Shown: positions 46,423-56,836 of the stretch, one piece after another | Numbering within the stretch: position 1 is the stretch's first letter | Layout of the letters: the number at the start of each line of letters is the position of its first letter | Assembly (NCBI GenBank): GCA_965249575.1 | Contig: OZ252244.1 | Location: 3,104,001-3,168,000, forward strand | Source of the DNA: Gemmatimonadales bacterium | GTDB taxonomy: Bacteria > Gemmatimonadota > Gemmatimonadetes > Gemmatimonadales > GWC2-71-9 | Direction: 5' to 3' | Length of the DNA: 64,000 nucleotides | The notes under the pieces: generated by a model | Databases searched by the model: none | Told to the model about the DNA's origin: nothing | Seen by the model: only the letters and a program-made list of their open reading frames with translations | Program-made: the position numbers and the translations under genes

Positions 46423-48207
46423 CTAGGCCGTCCGGGTATCAGTGTCAACGCGGCCGTCGGCCAGCGAGGGATCCGCCCGAAGGTTGCGTGCGATCAGCAG
46501 GAACGCCGCCGCGCCGACCGTTGCGGAGGCCGCTGCCCCTATCGGACTGCCCAGTAACAGCTGGCCCACTGCAAACAGCGTTCCGTAAATCGCCACACAG
46601 CCGGCGACCCAATTCATTATCGACAGCACCCCGCCGGGAATGGAGTCGCCGGCAAAGCCCAGGCGCTTCGCGACCGGTTTCCACCCCGGACCCCCGGGCC
46701 GCACTCGTCGATAGAAGGCGTCCAACGTCTCCGGGTCTACCGCCGGCGTGAGCCATGTGACCGTGAGCCACACGACCGTGGTGATCGAGACGGTCCAGAG
46801 CATGATCGAGGCGTATCCCCGTCCGGTGGGGTCGGCCGCGTCCAGTCCCAAGCCATACTGAATGGTCACCGATGTTATGAAAGACGCGACCATCGCGCTC
46901 AGTTCCGACCAAGCGTTGACCCGCCACCAATACCACCGGAGAATGAGCACCATTCCCGTACCCGCCCCAACGGCGAGGAGCAGCTTCCAACCAGCCTCGA
47001 CGGATCCCAAAAATCCCATGGTGACCAGCGCGAACGCCATGAGCACGAGCGTTGCCGACCGGCTCACGACGACCTGCTCGCGATCGCCGGCGCGCCGTCG
47101 GATGAAGCGGAGGTACACGTCGTTGACGAGGTACGATGCGCCCCAGTTCAGATGGGTGCTGATCGTGCTCATGTACGCCGCGGCGAACGCCGCAAGCAAG
47201 AGTCCGCGTAGCGGCGAGGGCAAGAGGTCCACCATGACTCGGACGTAGCCCTCTTCGGGGTTCTGCAGGTCCGGGTAGCGGATGACGCTGACGAAGGCCA
47301 CCAAGATCCATGGCCAAGGGCGAATGGCATAGTGTGCCACGTTGAACCAGAGGGTTGCGAGCAGGCTGTGCCTCTCGTTCTTGGTGGAAAACATTCGTTG
47401 GGCGATATATCCACCCCCCCCAGGCTCCGCGCCGGGATACCAGGCAGCCCACCATTGAACTGCGAGAAACACGAGCAGCGTAGAAAGCGGTAACCAGGCC
47501 GCATCGACCGGGGGCAGAACGGCGAAGGCGGCATCAACGCTGCCGAAATGCTCCGCAGCCTGAGCGCTCAGCCCGTCGAGTCCACCGACCGACCGCACCG
47601 CGACAATGGCCAGCGCGATGGAGCCGATCATCGCGACGGTGAATTGCAGCAGGTCCGCGAGCACGACCCCCCAGAGTCCCGACAGCATGGCGTACGCCGC
47701 GGTTATAGCGAGCAGGATGATTGCGGCTGTCCACCCGGCAATCCCGAGCGTGACCTCGAGGACCGTTACCATGGCCCGGGTTACCCACCCCATGATGATC
47801 AGGTTGATGGGAAGAGCGAGGTAGAGGGCGCGCGCCCCCCGCAGGAAGGCAGCTGGTTTGCCGGAGTATCGCAGCTCGGTCAGCTCGACGTCGGTAGTGA
47901 CGCCGGCCCGGCGCCAGAGGCGAGAGAAGAGGAAGACGGTCAGGAGACCGCTGAGCGCCATATTCCACCAGAGCCAGTTCCCCGCGACTCCATGCCGCGC
48001 GACCATGCCCGTCACCGCCAGGGGCGTATCCACGGCGAAGGTCGTCGCCACCATTGACGTTCCGGCGAGCCACCAGGGCAGTGATCGCCCGGAGAGAAAG
48101 AAGTCAGCGAGGGACCGGCGTGCTCGCCCGGCAAGGGCGACGACGATCGCCGTCGACGCCACGAAGTAGGCGATGACGAACGCCCAGTCGAGTGCCTCGA
48201 GCCTCAC
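46423..48207 (-). CDS. Second sodium:solute symporter
   Basis: AGTSMVATTFAVDTPL, EPGGGGYIAQR, AAYMSTISTHLNWG. Confidence 0.9.
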   Translation of the reverse strand: MRLEALDWAFVIAYFVASTAIVVALAGRARRSLADFFLSGRSLPWWLAGTSMVATTFAVDTPLAVTGMVARHGVAGNWLWWNMALSGLLTVFLFSRLWRRAGVTTDVELTELRYSGKPAAFLRGARALYLALPINLIIMGWVTRAMVTVLEVTLGIAGWTAAIILLAITAAYAMLSGLWGVVLADLLQFTVAMIGSIALAIVAVRSVGGLDGLSAQAAEHFGSVDAAFAVLPPVDAAWLPLSTLLVFLAVQWWAAWYPGAEPGGGGYIAQRMFSTKNERHSLLATLWFNVAHYAIRPWPWILVAFVSVIRYPDLQNPEEGYVRVMVDLLPSPLRGLLLAAFAAAYMSTISTHLNWGASYLVNDVYLRFIRRRAGDREQVVVSRSATLVLMAFALVTMGFLGSVEAGWKLLLAVGAGTGMVLILRWYWWRVNAWSELSAMVASFITSVTIQYGLGLDAADPTGRGYASIMLWTVSITTVVWLTVTWLTPAVDPETLDAFYRRVRPGGPGWKPVAKRLGFAGDSIPGGVLSIMNWVAGCVAIYGTLFAVGQLLLGSPIGAAASATVGAAAFLLIARNLRADPSLADGRVDTDTRTA

Positions 48208-48244
48208 CCGCTCTCCCCGCTTGGTCCGGTGCGCCGTGCACTCA

Positions 48245-49972
48245 TTAGGGCTGGATCTCGATGCCCGCTCCGCGCGGGAGCGCGGGGGACAGGGTGATCG
48301 GGAGCCGCCCTGTCACCGGGGCATTGGACCCCAGCGCGCGCGCGACCGCCCGTTCTGTCGCTGGCGCATCGCTCCACGCGAGCAGGTACGCGCCCTGAAA
48401 GCCGGGAAGTTGCGTGAGTAAATACGGGCTGCCGAAGGAGGCTAAAACCGTCGTCTTGGAACTCGCCGTCGCTAAAATCAGGTCGGCGAGCTGATCGGGT
48501 AGCGCGACATGGCCGCGCCACGCTATCGGCCGGACGCTTGGCGCGAAGACGACACGCGGATGCCGTCGTATGACCGCCCGCGCCGAATCGTACGATGCGG
48601 CGCCCGACGCTGGGAAGAGCCGAAACGGGGTCACCGTCTCGCCCAACGCCAACAACTCGTCACGGAGGACGTTCCCTATTTCCAGGTTGGTTTCCTCGGC
48701 ATAGGTGATGAGGGCTGACCGGCCTCGTGCACTGCGAAACGCGTCCAGTTGGCCGCGTTGGACGAGCGTCAACGCGCGCTGGGCGATGGCGTCGGCCACC
48801 TGGCGGAACTCGGGCTTCCCGACGACCGCCGGAATGCTGTCGAGCACGACCGTGCGCCGTTCGAAAAGGCCCGCTCCTCGCTTCAATTCGAGGATCCGGC
48901 GGACCGATCGGTCCAGGCGGTTGCCCGAGATGCGTCCACTGGATACCGCGCGGATCATTGCACGGTGAGCCTCGAAGGGATCGGCGGGAATGAGGAGGAG
49001 GTCGCTGCCGGCGAGGAAGGCGCGTACTGCGCTCTCGCCCACCCCGTACGCGTTCACGATGGCCCCCATCATGAGGGCGTCGGTTACGACGAGACCCTCA
49101 AAACCGAGTGAATCTCGCAGCATCCCGCGCATGATTGTCGCGGAGAGTGTTGCCGGAAGCGAATCGCCTTGCGCGCAGGTCAGTACCACATGGGCGGTCA
49201 TCGTCGCCGTGACCCTCGCCTCCACGGCCGCCCGGAACGGAATCAGCTCCAGGGTGTCGAGCCGGGTCCAGCATGACCTGATGACCGGCAGGTCGATATG
49301 CGAGTCTGTCCCGGTGTCCCCATGACCGGGGAAATGCTTCGCCGTCGTGTATAGCCCATGCTCGCGCGCGCCGCGGATGTACGCCGCGATCAAACGTCCC
49401 ACGTCGGTCGGATTTTCGCCGAACGAGCGGGTGTTGATGATCGGGTTCGATGGATTGTTGTTCACATCCGCCACTGGGGAGAACGTCATGTGAATCCCGA
49501 CGGTGCGGGCCTCAACCGCGGTGACGCGGCCCATCGCGTACGCGTCCGCCTCCCGGCCGGTGGCTCCCACGGCCATCGCCATCGGAAACGCCGTCGCGCC
49601 GGTGAGCCGCATCCCGGCCCCCCACTCCAGGTCCGCCGCGACGAGGAGCGGAAGGCGGGAGCGCCGCTGAAGTGCGTTGAGCTTTGCCGCGACGTCTAGC
49701 GGGGAGCCGACCGAAATGATGATCCCGCCGACATGCAGTGAGTCCACGGCGAACCGCGTCGGCCCGAGCTCGCTGGCGCCCGCCGGCGCGTAGGCGCCAG
49801 CGAGCCAGGGCATGATCAGCTGGCCCACCTTCTCTTCAACGGTTAGCGTCTCGAGCAGGGAGTCGACCGTTATGTTTCTCGCCGGCGCCGGTACCTGGGT
49901 ACCACGTGCGCAGGCCGGGAGACTGCTCAGGGACAAGAGAAACCAGACGGAGACGAGCGATCGGGAGTGCAC
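48245..49972 (-). CDS. nagZ: GH3 beta-N-acetylglucosaminidase lipoprotein
   Basis: KHFPGHGDTGTDSH NagZ signature, ADLEWG, VTDAL; lipobox LPAC. Confidence 0.9.
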   Translation of the reverse strand: MHSRSLVSVWFLLSLSSLPACARGTQVPAPARNITVDSLLETLTVEEKVGQLIMPWLAGAYAPAGASELGPTRFAVDSLHVGGIIISVGSPLDVAAKLNALQRRSRLPLLVAADLEWGAGMRLTGATAFPMAMAVGATGREADAYAMGRVTAVEARTVGIHMTFSPVADVNNNPSNPIINTRSFGENPTDVGRLIAAYIRGAREHGLYTTAKHFPGHGDTGTDSHIDLPVIRSCWTRLDTLELIPFRAAVEARVTATMTAHVVLTCAQGDSLPATLSATIMRGMLRDSLGFEGLVVTDALMMGAIVNAYGVGESAVRAFLAGSDLLLIPADPFEAHRAMIRAVSSGRISGNRLDRSVRRILELKRGAGLFERRTVVLDSIPAVVGKPEFRQVADAIAQRALTLVQRGQLDAFRSARGRSALITYAEETNLEIGNVLRDELLALGETVTPFRLFPASGAASYDSARAVIRRHPRVVFAPSVRPIAWRGHVALPDQLADLILATASSKTTVLASFGSPYLLTQLPGFQGAYLLAWSDAPATERAVARALGSNAPVTGRLPITLSPALPRGAGIEIQP

Positions 49973-49999
49973 GGATACCGTTCCTGCCAGACTGTGTGG

Positions 50000-51190
50000 A
50001 TGTTGGCCTGCGTGGCCTCCGTGGCTTGCTCGGCCCACGGCGCCCGACCGGACCCGGTCCGGCCCGGCATCGAGGTCCTGATCGATGACTCGCTTCACCT
50101 GGTGAGGGACGAACGGGTCGGGCTGCTCACCAATCAGACCGGCGTGGGGCGGAGCGGAGTGCGCGACATCGAGCTCCTCATTCGGGCTGGCGTGCGCCTC
50201 ACGACGATCATCACGCCGGAACATGGCCTTCGGGGAATCCTCGACCGGGAGAATATCGGGCATGGCGTGGATTCCGCTACCGGACTGCCTGTGTATAGTC
50301 TCTACGGGGATGTTCGCGCCCCTACCGCCGAGATGCTTGCGGAGGTCGACGTGCTGCTCATCGACCTCCAAGATATCGGCGGCCGGCCCTACACGTATAT
50401 CTCGTCGGCGCTTCTCGCGCTGGAGTCGGCGGAGCGACACGGTCGCAGGGTGATCGTTCTCGACCGACCGAATCCCATCGGGGGACTCCTGGTCCAGGGG
50501 CCGATGCTCGAGCCACGCTTCGCGTCGTTTGTAGGGATGCTCCAAGTGCCCCTGCGCCATGGGATGACCCTCGGAGAGCTTGCGTGGCTCGGGAACCAGG
50601 AGCGCGGTATTGGGGCAGATCTCGTCGTCATACCAGCAGGGGGCTGGCGTCGGGCGACGTGGTACGACGAGACCGGGCTGCCGTGGGTGCGCCCCTCGCC
50701 CAACATGCCGAGTGTGGAAAGCGCAACTCACTACCCGGGCGTCGTCCTCTTCGAGGCGACGAACCTCTCGGTAGGCCGTGGGACCCCGGTGGCATTTCAG
50801 GTGGTTGCCGCTCCCTGGCTGGATGCGAGGGCTCTGCGGGCAATGCTCGACGGTAGCGAGGGCGTTCGGGTAACGGATACGACAGTCACGCCGCTGTCAC
50901 CCAGCGACGGGAAGTATCCGGGCACGCCGTTACCGGCGATTCGCCTGACCGTAACCGAGCGCGGCCGCTACGATCCCACCCGACTTGCGCTTCGCGTTCT
51001 GAGTGCGATCATGAATTCACATGCCGACTCGCTCACCATCGACGCAAAAGGGTTCGACGCCCGGGCTGGTACCGAGTCCGTCAGGGCAGCCCTGACCCGG
51101 GGCGAGCCGTCGGAGGCGATTTGGCGCCGGTGGACGGACATGATCGCGGCATTTCGCGAACACCGGGAGCCATATCTGCTGTATCCCTGA
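50000..51190 (+). CDS. namZ: Exo-beta-N-acetylmuramidase (DUF1343)
   Basis: RVGLLTNQTG, PEHG, DLQDIGGRPYTY, VLDRPNP, RHGMTLGE, PSPNMP, TNLSVGRGT. Confidence 0.9.
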   Translation: MLACVASVACSAHGARPDPVRPGIEVLIDDSLHLVRDERVGLLTNQTGVGRSGVRDIELLIRAGVRLTTIITPEHGLRGILDRENIGHGVDSATGLPVYSLYGDVRAPTAEMLAEVDVLLIDLQDIGGRPYTYISSALLALESAERHGRRVIVLDRPNPIGGLLVQGPMLEPRFASFVGMLQVPLRHGMTLGELAWLGNQERGIGADLVVIPAGGWRRATWYDETGLPWVRPSPNMPSVESATHYPGVVLFEATNLSVGRGTPVAFQVVAAPWLDARALRAMLDGSEGVRVTDTTVTPLSPSDGKYPGTPLPAIRLTVTERGRYDPTRLALRVLSAIMNSHADSLTIDAKGFDARAGTESVRAALTRGEPSEAIWRRWTDMIAAFREHREPYLLYP

Positions 51191-51265
51191 CGGTCACGGA
51201 CACGGTGCCCGATTGCCGCAGGCCCTGTTGACCATTATAGTTACGTCCCCGGCAACCGCGTACTC

Positions 51266-51964
51266 ATGGCACTGATTCCCAAAGGATTGCTCAAGCGCCT
51301 CGACGCGCTGTTCAACCCCGTCGCGAGCCCGTTGATCGCCGCCGGCGTGCAGCCAAACGCCATCACCACCGTCGGCACGCTCATTCTCGTTGGTGGCGGG
51401 GTCGCATTCGGATTCGGGTATCCGCGTGTGGGAGGTGCCCTTCTTCTCTTGAGTGGGGCATTCGACGTCATCGATGGAAAGGTGGCGCGCGGGGGCGGGC
51501 TCATGTCGGCTTTCGGCGCGTTCTATGACTCTACGCTCGACCGCGTGGGCGAGTCGGTGCTGTTCGGTGGCATCGCGGTCTTCTTTCTCACTGGAGGAGT
51601 TCGTCCCGACTTGGCCGTTCTCGCCGTTTCCATTGCGATCCTGGCGCTCGCCTCCGGCCTGGTGGTTTCTTATGCTCGGGCGCGGGCGGAGGGGCTCAGG
51701 CTGGAGTGCCGCGTGGGCATTGCGCAGCGTGCGGAACGGATTCTCGGCCTCGGTATTCCGACGCTGTTCTTCGGCGCTGGTCCCGACGGGTTCCTCTTGC
51801 TCATTCTCACTTCCCTCTTGGCGGTCACGGCGGTGATTACTATCGGACAACGGATTCGACACGTCTATGTGCTCACTCGAGCGGACGCGCGGCGGTCGAC
51901 GGCGGGGCCGGAGCACGGCGGCTCGCTCGCCGGGTCACTCAGAGAAGGGCGGGGTGGTGATTGA
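51266..51964 (+). CDS. CDP-alcohol phosphatidyltransferase, phosphatidylinositol-phosphate synthase-like
   Basis: PNAITT, DVIDGKVAR...GAFYDSTLDR, SYARARAE, RAER; overlaps ino1. Confidence 0.85.
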   Translation: MALIPKGLLKRLDALFNPVASPLIAAGVQPNAITTVGTLILVGGGVAFGFGYPRVGGALLLLSGAFDVIDGKVARGGGLMSAFGAFYDSTLDRVGESVLFGGIAVFFLTGGVRPDLAVLAVSIAILALASGLVVSYARARAEGLRLECRVGIAQRAERILGLGIPTLFFGAGPDGFLLLILTSLLAVTAVITIGQRIRHVYVLTRADARRSTAGPEHGGSLAGSLREGRGGD

Positions 51965-53288
51965 CAAGGTGACACGGACCGTCAAACCGGCGGACGGCAA
52001 AGTCGGTGTATTGTTGGTAGGGCTCGGAGCGGTGGCCACGACGTTTATCGCCGGGGTGGAGAACGTGCGGCGAGGTGGTGCGAAGGCGGTTGGCTCTCTG
52101 GTGGAGATGGGAACAATTCGGTTGGGCAAACGGACGGAGAACCGGGTGCCCGCGATACGCGAGTTCGTCCCGCTCGCGAAGCTCGACGACCTGGCCTTCG
52201 GTGCCTGGGATCCGATTCCGGATGACGCTTATCAATCGTGCAAGGTCGCCGGTGTCTTGGACGCGTCGCACGTCGAATCCATCGCCGATTTCTTGAAAAG
52301 CATCGTGCCGATGCCCGCCGCGTTCGACCGGCAGTACGTGAAGCGGCTCACCGGCACGAATGTCAAGACGGGGAGCACGAAGCGCGAGCTCGCGGAGCAG
52401 CTCCGCGGGGACATTCGATCGTTCAAGGCCGAGCAGGGTTGTGATCGGCTGATCATGATCTGGTGCGCCTCCACTGAGGTGTTCATTGCCCCGGGCGCCG
52501 TGCACCAGACGTTGGCGGCATTCGAGAAGGCGATGGACGAGAACGACCCCGGGATCGCGCCCTCCATGCTCTACGCGTGGGCCGCGATGAAGGAGGGGGT
52601 ACCGTTCGGCAATGGCGCTCCCAATCTGACCGTTGACGCTCCGGCCCTCCAGGAACTGGCGCGCGAGGTCCAGGTGCCTATTTGCGGCAAGGACTTCAAG
52701 ACCGGTCAGACAATGGTCAAGACGGTGCTCTCGCCGATGCTCAAGGCCCGCATGCTTGGGCTATCCGGTTGGTATTCCACGAACATCCTCGGCAATCGAG
52801 ACGGGGAAGTGCTCGACGACCCGGAGTCGTTCAAGACCAAAGAGGAGTCGAAGCTTGGCGTGCTCGAGCACATCCTCCAGCCCGCCCTATATCCGGACCT
52901 GTACGGCAATGTCTATCACAAGGTCCGTATCAATTATTACCCACCGCGGGGGGACAACAAGGAAGGGTGGGACAACATCGATTTCTTCGGGTGGCTGGGA
53001 TATCAGATGCAGATCAAGGTGGATTTTCTGTGCCGCGACTCCATTCTGGCGGCGCCGCTCGTGCTCGACCTGGTGCTGTTTCTGGATCTGGCACAGCGGT
53101 CGGGACTCTCGGGAATTCAAGAGTGGTTGTCGTTCTACTTCAAGAGTCCAATGGCCGCGCCTGGGCTGGCGCCGGAGCACGATCTCTTTATCCAACATAC
53201 CAAGCTCAAGAACACGCTGCGCTGGCTGATGGGAGAGGAGCAGATCACCCACCTCGAGGTCGAGTACTACGACTATGACATCGCGTGA
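51957..53288 (+). CDS. ino1: myo-Inositol-3-phosphate synthase (MIPS)
   Basis: GLGAVATT, WCASTE, NGAP, GKDFKTGQT, STNILGNRDG, GDNKEGWD, CRDSILAAP, YFKSP. Confidence 0.94.
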   Translation: MIDKVTRTVKPADGKVGVLLVGLGAVATTFIAGVENVRRGGAKAVGSLVEMGTIRLGKRTENRVPAIREFVPLAKLDDLAFGAWDPIPDDAYQSCKVAGVLDASHVESIADFLKSIVPMPAAFDRQYVKRLTGTNVKTGSTKRELAEQLRGDIRSFKAEQGCDRLIMIWCASTEVFIAPGAVHQTLAAFEKAMDENDPGIAPSMLYAWAAMKEGVPFGNGAPNLTVDAPALQELAREVQVPICGKDFKTGQTMVKTVLSPMLKARMLGLSGWYSTNILGNRDGEVLDDPESFKTKEESKLGVLEHILQPALYPDLYGNVYHKVRINYYPPRGDNKEGWDNIDFFGWLGYQMQIKVDFLCRDSILAAPLVLDLVLFLDLAQRSGLSGIQEWLSFYFKSPMAAPGLAPEHDLFIQHTKLKNTLRWLMGEEQITHLEVEYYDYDIA

Positions 53289-53716
53289 CCGCCGGTAGTA
53301 TCCTCGTTCTCATCCTGGGCGCCGTGCTGATCGCCTGGGAGCTTTGGTTTTTTCTCGGGTCCCGAACCCGGGGCAAGCTCCGACCGTCGCGGAAGGGCGG
53401 AACGCAGGAAGTCACGGTGGTTGTGAAAGGCGGGTACGATCCGGACACGATCCTCGTCGAGGCTGGCCGGCCCGTGCGCCTCCATTTCTATCGCGATGAG
53501 ACCGCGGAGTGCTCCGAGCGTGTCGTGTTCGAGCATTTTGGGATTGACGAGTCCTTGCCGGCCTTCCAGACGACGACCATCGAGTTCACACCGTCCAGGG
53601 CGGGCGATTACCCGTTTCGGTGCGGCATGTCGATTCTCTCGGGGCGCGTAGTAGCACAAGTGGGCCGGGACGAAGCTCAGGCGAACCTGGGGAAGGGTCA
53701 TACCAAACATGCCTAA
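53285..53716 (+). CDS. Membrane-anchored cupredoxin copper chaperone (CupA-like)
   Basis: N-terminal TM, VKGGYDP, ECS..V, FRCGM; GTGA overlap with ino1. Confidence 0.85.
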   Translation: MTAGSILVLILGAVLIAWELWFFLGSRTRGKLRPSRKGGTQEVTVVVKGGYDPDTILVEAGRPVRLHFYRDETAECSERVVFEHFGIDESLPAFQTTTIEFTPSRAGDYPFRCGMSILSGRVVAQVGRDEAQANLGKGHTKHA

Positions 53717-56252
53717 GTCGCGGATCACCCTCCCGATCGAGGGCATGACGTGTGGCGCCTGTGCTCTCACGGTGCAGAAGCGGCTCTCGGAGGCCCCGGG
53801 GGTCCATGACGCCTCGGTGAACTACGCGACGGGCAAGGCCACGATCGCGCTCGAGGACGGCCAGTCAAAGGTAGCCGATCTCGTGAAAGCGATCCGCGAA
53901 GTTGGTTACGACTGCGCCCGCGCGTCGCTTTCATTCACCGTTGAGGGTCTGCACTACTCGTCGGGCGTAGGGAGGCTCGAGGAGGAACTGCGGCGATTGC
54001 CGGGTGTGCTCAAGGTGGCCGCGAATCAGGCTACGGAACAGGCGGCCATCGAGTACGTACCCGGCCTGCTGACCGCGAACGACGTCGAGCGGGCGATCGA
54101 ACGGGTTGGGCTACGCGTGGCCGAGCCCATTGCCGCCGAGGACCCGGTCGAGCGTGCCCGTATCCAGCAGGCTCGCGAGGTTCGGCGACTGGCATGGAAG
54201 CTCGTGGTGGCCACCGTGGCGGCCGTAGTCACCATGCTTGGCTCCATGCCGCTCATGCAGGACGTCACCGCCAAAGGGCATGACGTGTTCCACCGTCTGA
54301 TGGCGCCCGTCGGTAGCGTCGTGCGTGCGGCGCTCCCCCAACTCTACGCGCTGGACGGCCAGTTGCTCAAACTGGGCATGCTGGTCATCACGATCCCCGT
54401 GTTGGCGTGGAGCGGTCGTCAGTTCTTCGCCGGGGCGCTCAGCGGGCTCCGGCACCGCACCGCGGACATGAACACCCTGATCGCGTTGGGGACGGGAGCG
54501 GCTTTCCTCTACTCGATGGTGGCCACCCTGCTGCCGGCCGTCTTCACGAGTGCGGGCTTACCCGCCGACGTCTACTTCGAAGCCACCAACACCGTCATCG
54601 CGTTCATCCTGCTCGGCAGACTGCTCGAGTCGCGGGCCAAGAGCCGGACCTCGGCTGCGATTCAAGCGTTGGTCGCGCTCCGCCCGACGACCGCCCGGGT
54701 TCAGCGGGACTTGACCGATGTCGAAGTCCCCATTGAAGAAATTGGTGTAGGGGACATCGTCGTCGTGCGACCCGGCGAAACGATACCGGTGGACGGGGTG
54801 GTCACGTCGGGCGAGTCCAGTGTAAACGAGGCAATGATTACCGGGGAGCCACTCCCCGCGCCAAAGAAGACCGGCGATCGGGTAATTGGAGGCACCATCA
54901 ATACGACAGGGTCGGTTGCCTTCGAGGCCACCGCCGTTGGCAAGGACACGGCACTGGCGCAGATCGTGCGTCTGGTCGAGGAGGCGCAAGGGTCGAAGGC
55001 ACCGATTCAGCATCTGGCAGATCGTGTCGCCGGCGTGTTCGTACCGGTCGTGATCGCCATTGCGATCGCGGCCTTCGTGATCTGGTTCGTGTTTGGACCC
55101 CAGCCGGTGATCGTGTACAGCACGATCGCCTTGGTCACGGTGCTGGTGATTGCTTGCCCTTGTGCGCTCGGCTTGGCGACACCGACCGCCATCATGGTCG
55201 GGACCGGAAAGGGCGCGCAACACGGCGTGTTGATCCGAGGCGGGGAGGCACTGCAGGGCATACAGCGCGTCGACACGTTCGTGTTTGACAAGACCGGCAC
55301 GATCACTGAGGGGAAGCCAACCGTCACCCACATTCTTGGCGCCAGACGCTCAGATGGCACCACGGTCAGCCCACCAGAACTGCTGCGCCTGGCGGCGGCG
55401 GTCGAGGCCCGTTCGGAGCACCCGCTTGCCTTCGCCGTCGTCGAGCAGGCAAAGGCCAAAGGGGTCCCCGTCTCGTCGGTGGAACGGTTCGTGGCGATGG
55501 AAGGCCGTGGGGCACGCGGCATCGTCGGCAAGTTCCTCGTCGAGGTCATCAGCGTGCGCCACGCGCGGGAGCGCAATCTCGACCTCGGGTCGCTAGCCGC
55601 GGATGCCGACCGGCACGTGCTCGGGGGTCGGATTCCCGTGCTCGTCGTCGTCAACGACACCGTGCAGGGCGTGATCGTGATCGCGGATGCCATCAAGCCG
55701 ACGAGCAAACCCGCCATCACCCGGCTCCGGAAGATGGGGTTCACGGTCTACCTCATGAGCGGCGATAGCAAGGTATCGGCGAAACTCGTGGCGAAGGAAG
55801 TCGGCTTCGACCGCGTGCTCGCGGAAGTCGAGCCTCGCCAGAAGGCGGAGGAAATCAAACGCCTCCAGCAGGACGGAAAGGTCGTGGCGATGGTTGGCGA
55901 TGGGATCAACGACGCCCCGGCGTTGGCACAGGCAGATATTGGATTGTCCATCGGTACCGGTACCGACGTGGCTGTGGAGGCATCTGACATTACGCTGATT
56001 CGAGGAGATCCGCGCGGGGTCGTGACCACTATCGAGCTATCCCGCAAAACGATGTCCACCGTGCGGGCAAATCTCTTTTTGGCGTTCGTCTACAACGTGC
56101 TGGCCATCCCCATTGCGGCGGGCGTCCTGTATCCCGTCACGCAACTGCTGTTGAGTCCAGTCGTGGCGAGCCTCGCGATGGCACTCTCGAGCTTGAGCGT
56201 CGTTGGCAATAGCCTACGCCTGAAAGGCTTCACTCCATCAATGTCGACCTGA
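53709..56252 (+). CDS. copA: Cu(I)-translocating P1B-type ATPase
   Basis: GMTCGAC, TGE, CPC, DKTGT, SEHP, GDGIND, YN and MALSS motifs. Confidence 0.95.
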   Translation: MPKSRITLPIEGMTCGACALTVQKRLSEAPGVHDASVNYATGKATIALEDGQSKVADLVKAIREVGYDCARASLSFTVEGLHYSSGVGRLEEELRRLPGVLKVAANQATEQAAIEYVPGLLTANDVERAIERVGLRVAEPIAAEDPVERARIQQAREVRRLAWKLVVATVAAVVTMLGSMPLMQDVTAKGHDVFHRLMAPVGSVVRAALPQLYALDGQLLKLGMLVITIPVLAWSGRQFFAGALSGLRHRTADMNTLIALGTGAAFLYSMVATLLPAVFTSAGLPADVYFEATNTVIAFILLGRLLESRAKSRTSAAIQALVALRPTTARVQRDLTDVEVPIEEIGVGDIVVVRPGETIPVDGVVTSGESSVNEAMITGEPLPAPKKTGDRVIGGTINTTGSVAFEATAVGKDTALAQIVRLVEEAQGSKAPIQHLADRVAGVFVPVVIAIAIAAFVIWFVFGPQPVIVYSTIALVTVLVIACPCALGLATPTAIMVGTGKGAQHGVLIRGGEALQGIQRVDTFVFDKTGTITEGKPTVTHILGARRSDGTTVSPPELLRLAAAVEARSEHPLAFAVVEQAKAKGVPVSSVERFVAMEGRGARGIVGKFLVEVISVRHARERNLDLGSLAADADRHVLGGRIPVLVVVNDTVQGVIVIADAIKPTSKPAITRLRKMGFTVYLMSGDSKVSAKLVAKEVGFDRVLAEVEPRQKAEEIKRLQQDGKVVAMVGDGINDAPALAQADIGLSIGTGTDVAVEASDITLIRGDPRGVVTTIELSRKTMSTVRANLFLAFVYNVLAIPIAAGVLYPVTQLLLSPVVASLAMALSSLSVVGNSLRLKGFTPSMST

Positions 56253-56255
56253 GTC

Positions 56256-56549
56256 ATGCGCTACTTTCACCGCACGCCCGTTTCTCTCGACGACGTCCTC
56301 TCACAGGCGGACACTCACTTTCGGGGGCTGCAATCGGAGGGCTCGGTGGGGCAGGGTCATAGCCGCTCGTTTGCGGGCGCCATCGGCCGCATTTCTCTCA
56401 CCGTGAGGGCCGAGGGTGGGCACTACACGCTCGTGACCGTCGAGACTGATCAGGTTGGAGAGAGCGAGGCGGACAAGCTCGCAAAACGATTCCTGGCAGT
56501 TGTGCACCGCCGGGCTGAGCCGGGATACGAGGTGCGGGGAGCATATTAG
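56256..56549 (+). CDS. Hypothetical protein
   Basis: 97-aa ORF 3 bp after copA stop, in operon. Confidence 0.6.
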   Translation: MRYFHRTPVSLDDVLSQADTHFRGLQSEGSVGQGHSRSFAGAIGRISLTVRAEGGHYTLVTVETDQVGESEADKLAKRFLAVVHRRAEPGYEVRGAY

Positions 56550-56620
56550 AACGTGATCGAACGCCTAGCGATCAGCGGTGCCGGTCGGGGGGGTAAAGGC
56601 CGCTGCGTGGAGTCTCAACG

Positions 56621-56836
56621 ATGGCACACGTGACACTATTGGTGAGCGGGATGACGTGCGAGCATTGCCGAGATAAAGTGGACCGGGCCCTCAACGGGGT
56701 GTCGGGTGTGTGGGGGGCGGCCGTAGACCTGGAGCAAGACACGGCCGACATCGATTTCGACGACCGGCGAGCCAAAGCGGAACAATTCGTCGAAGCGGTG
56801 CGGCACGCGGGGTACGAGGTCCAGGTCCAGGGATGA
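56621..56836 (+). CDS. copZ: HMA copper chaperone
   Basis: VSGMTCEHC...AGY; GGAG RBS. Confidence 0.9.
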   Translation: MAHVTLLVSGMTCEHCRDKVDRALNGVSGVWGAAVDLEQDTADIDFDDRRAKAEQFVEAVRHAGYEVQVQG

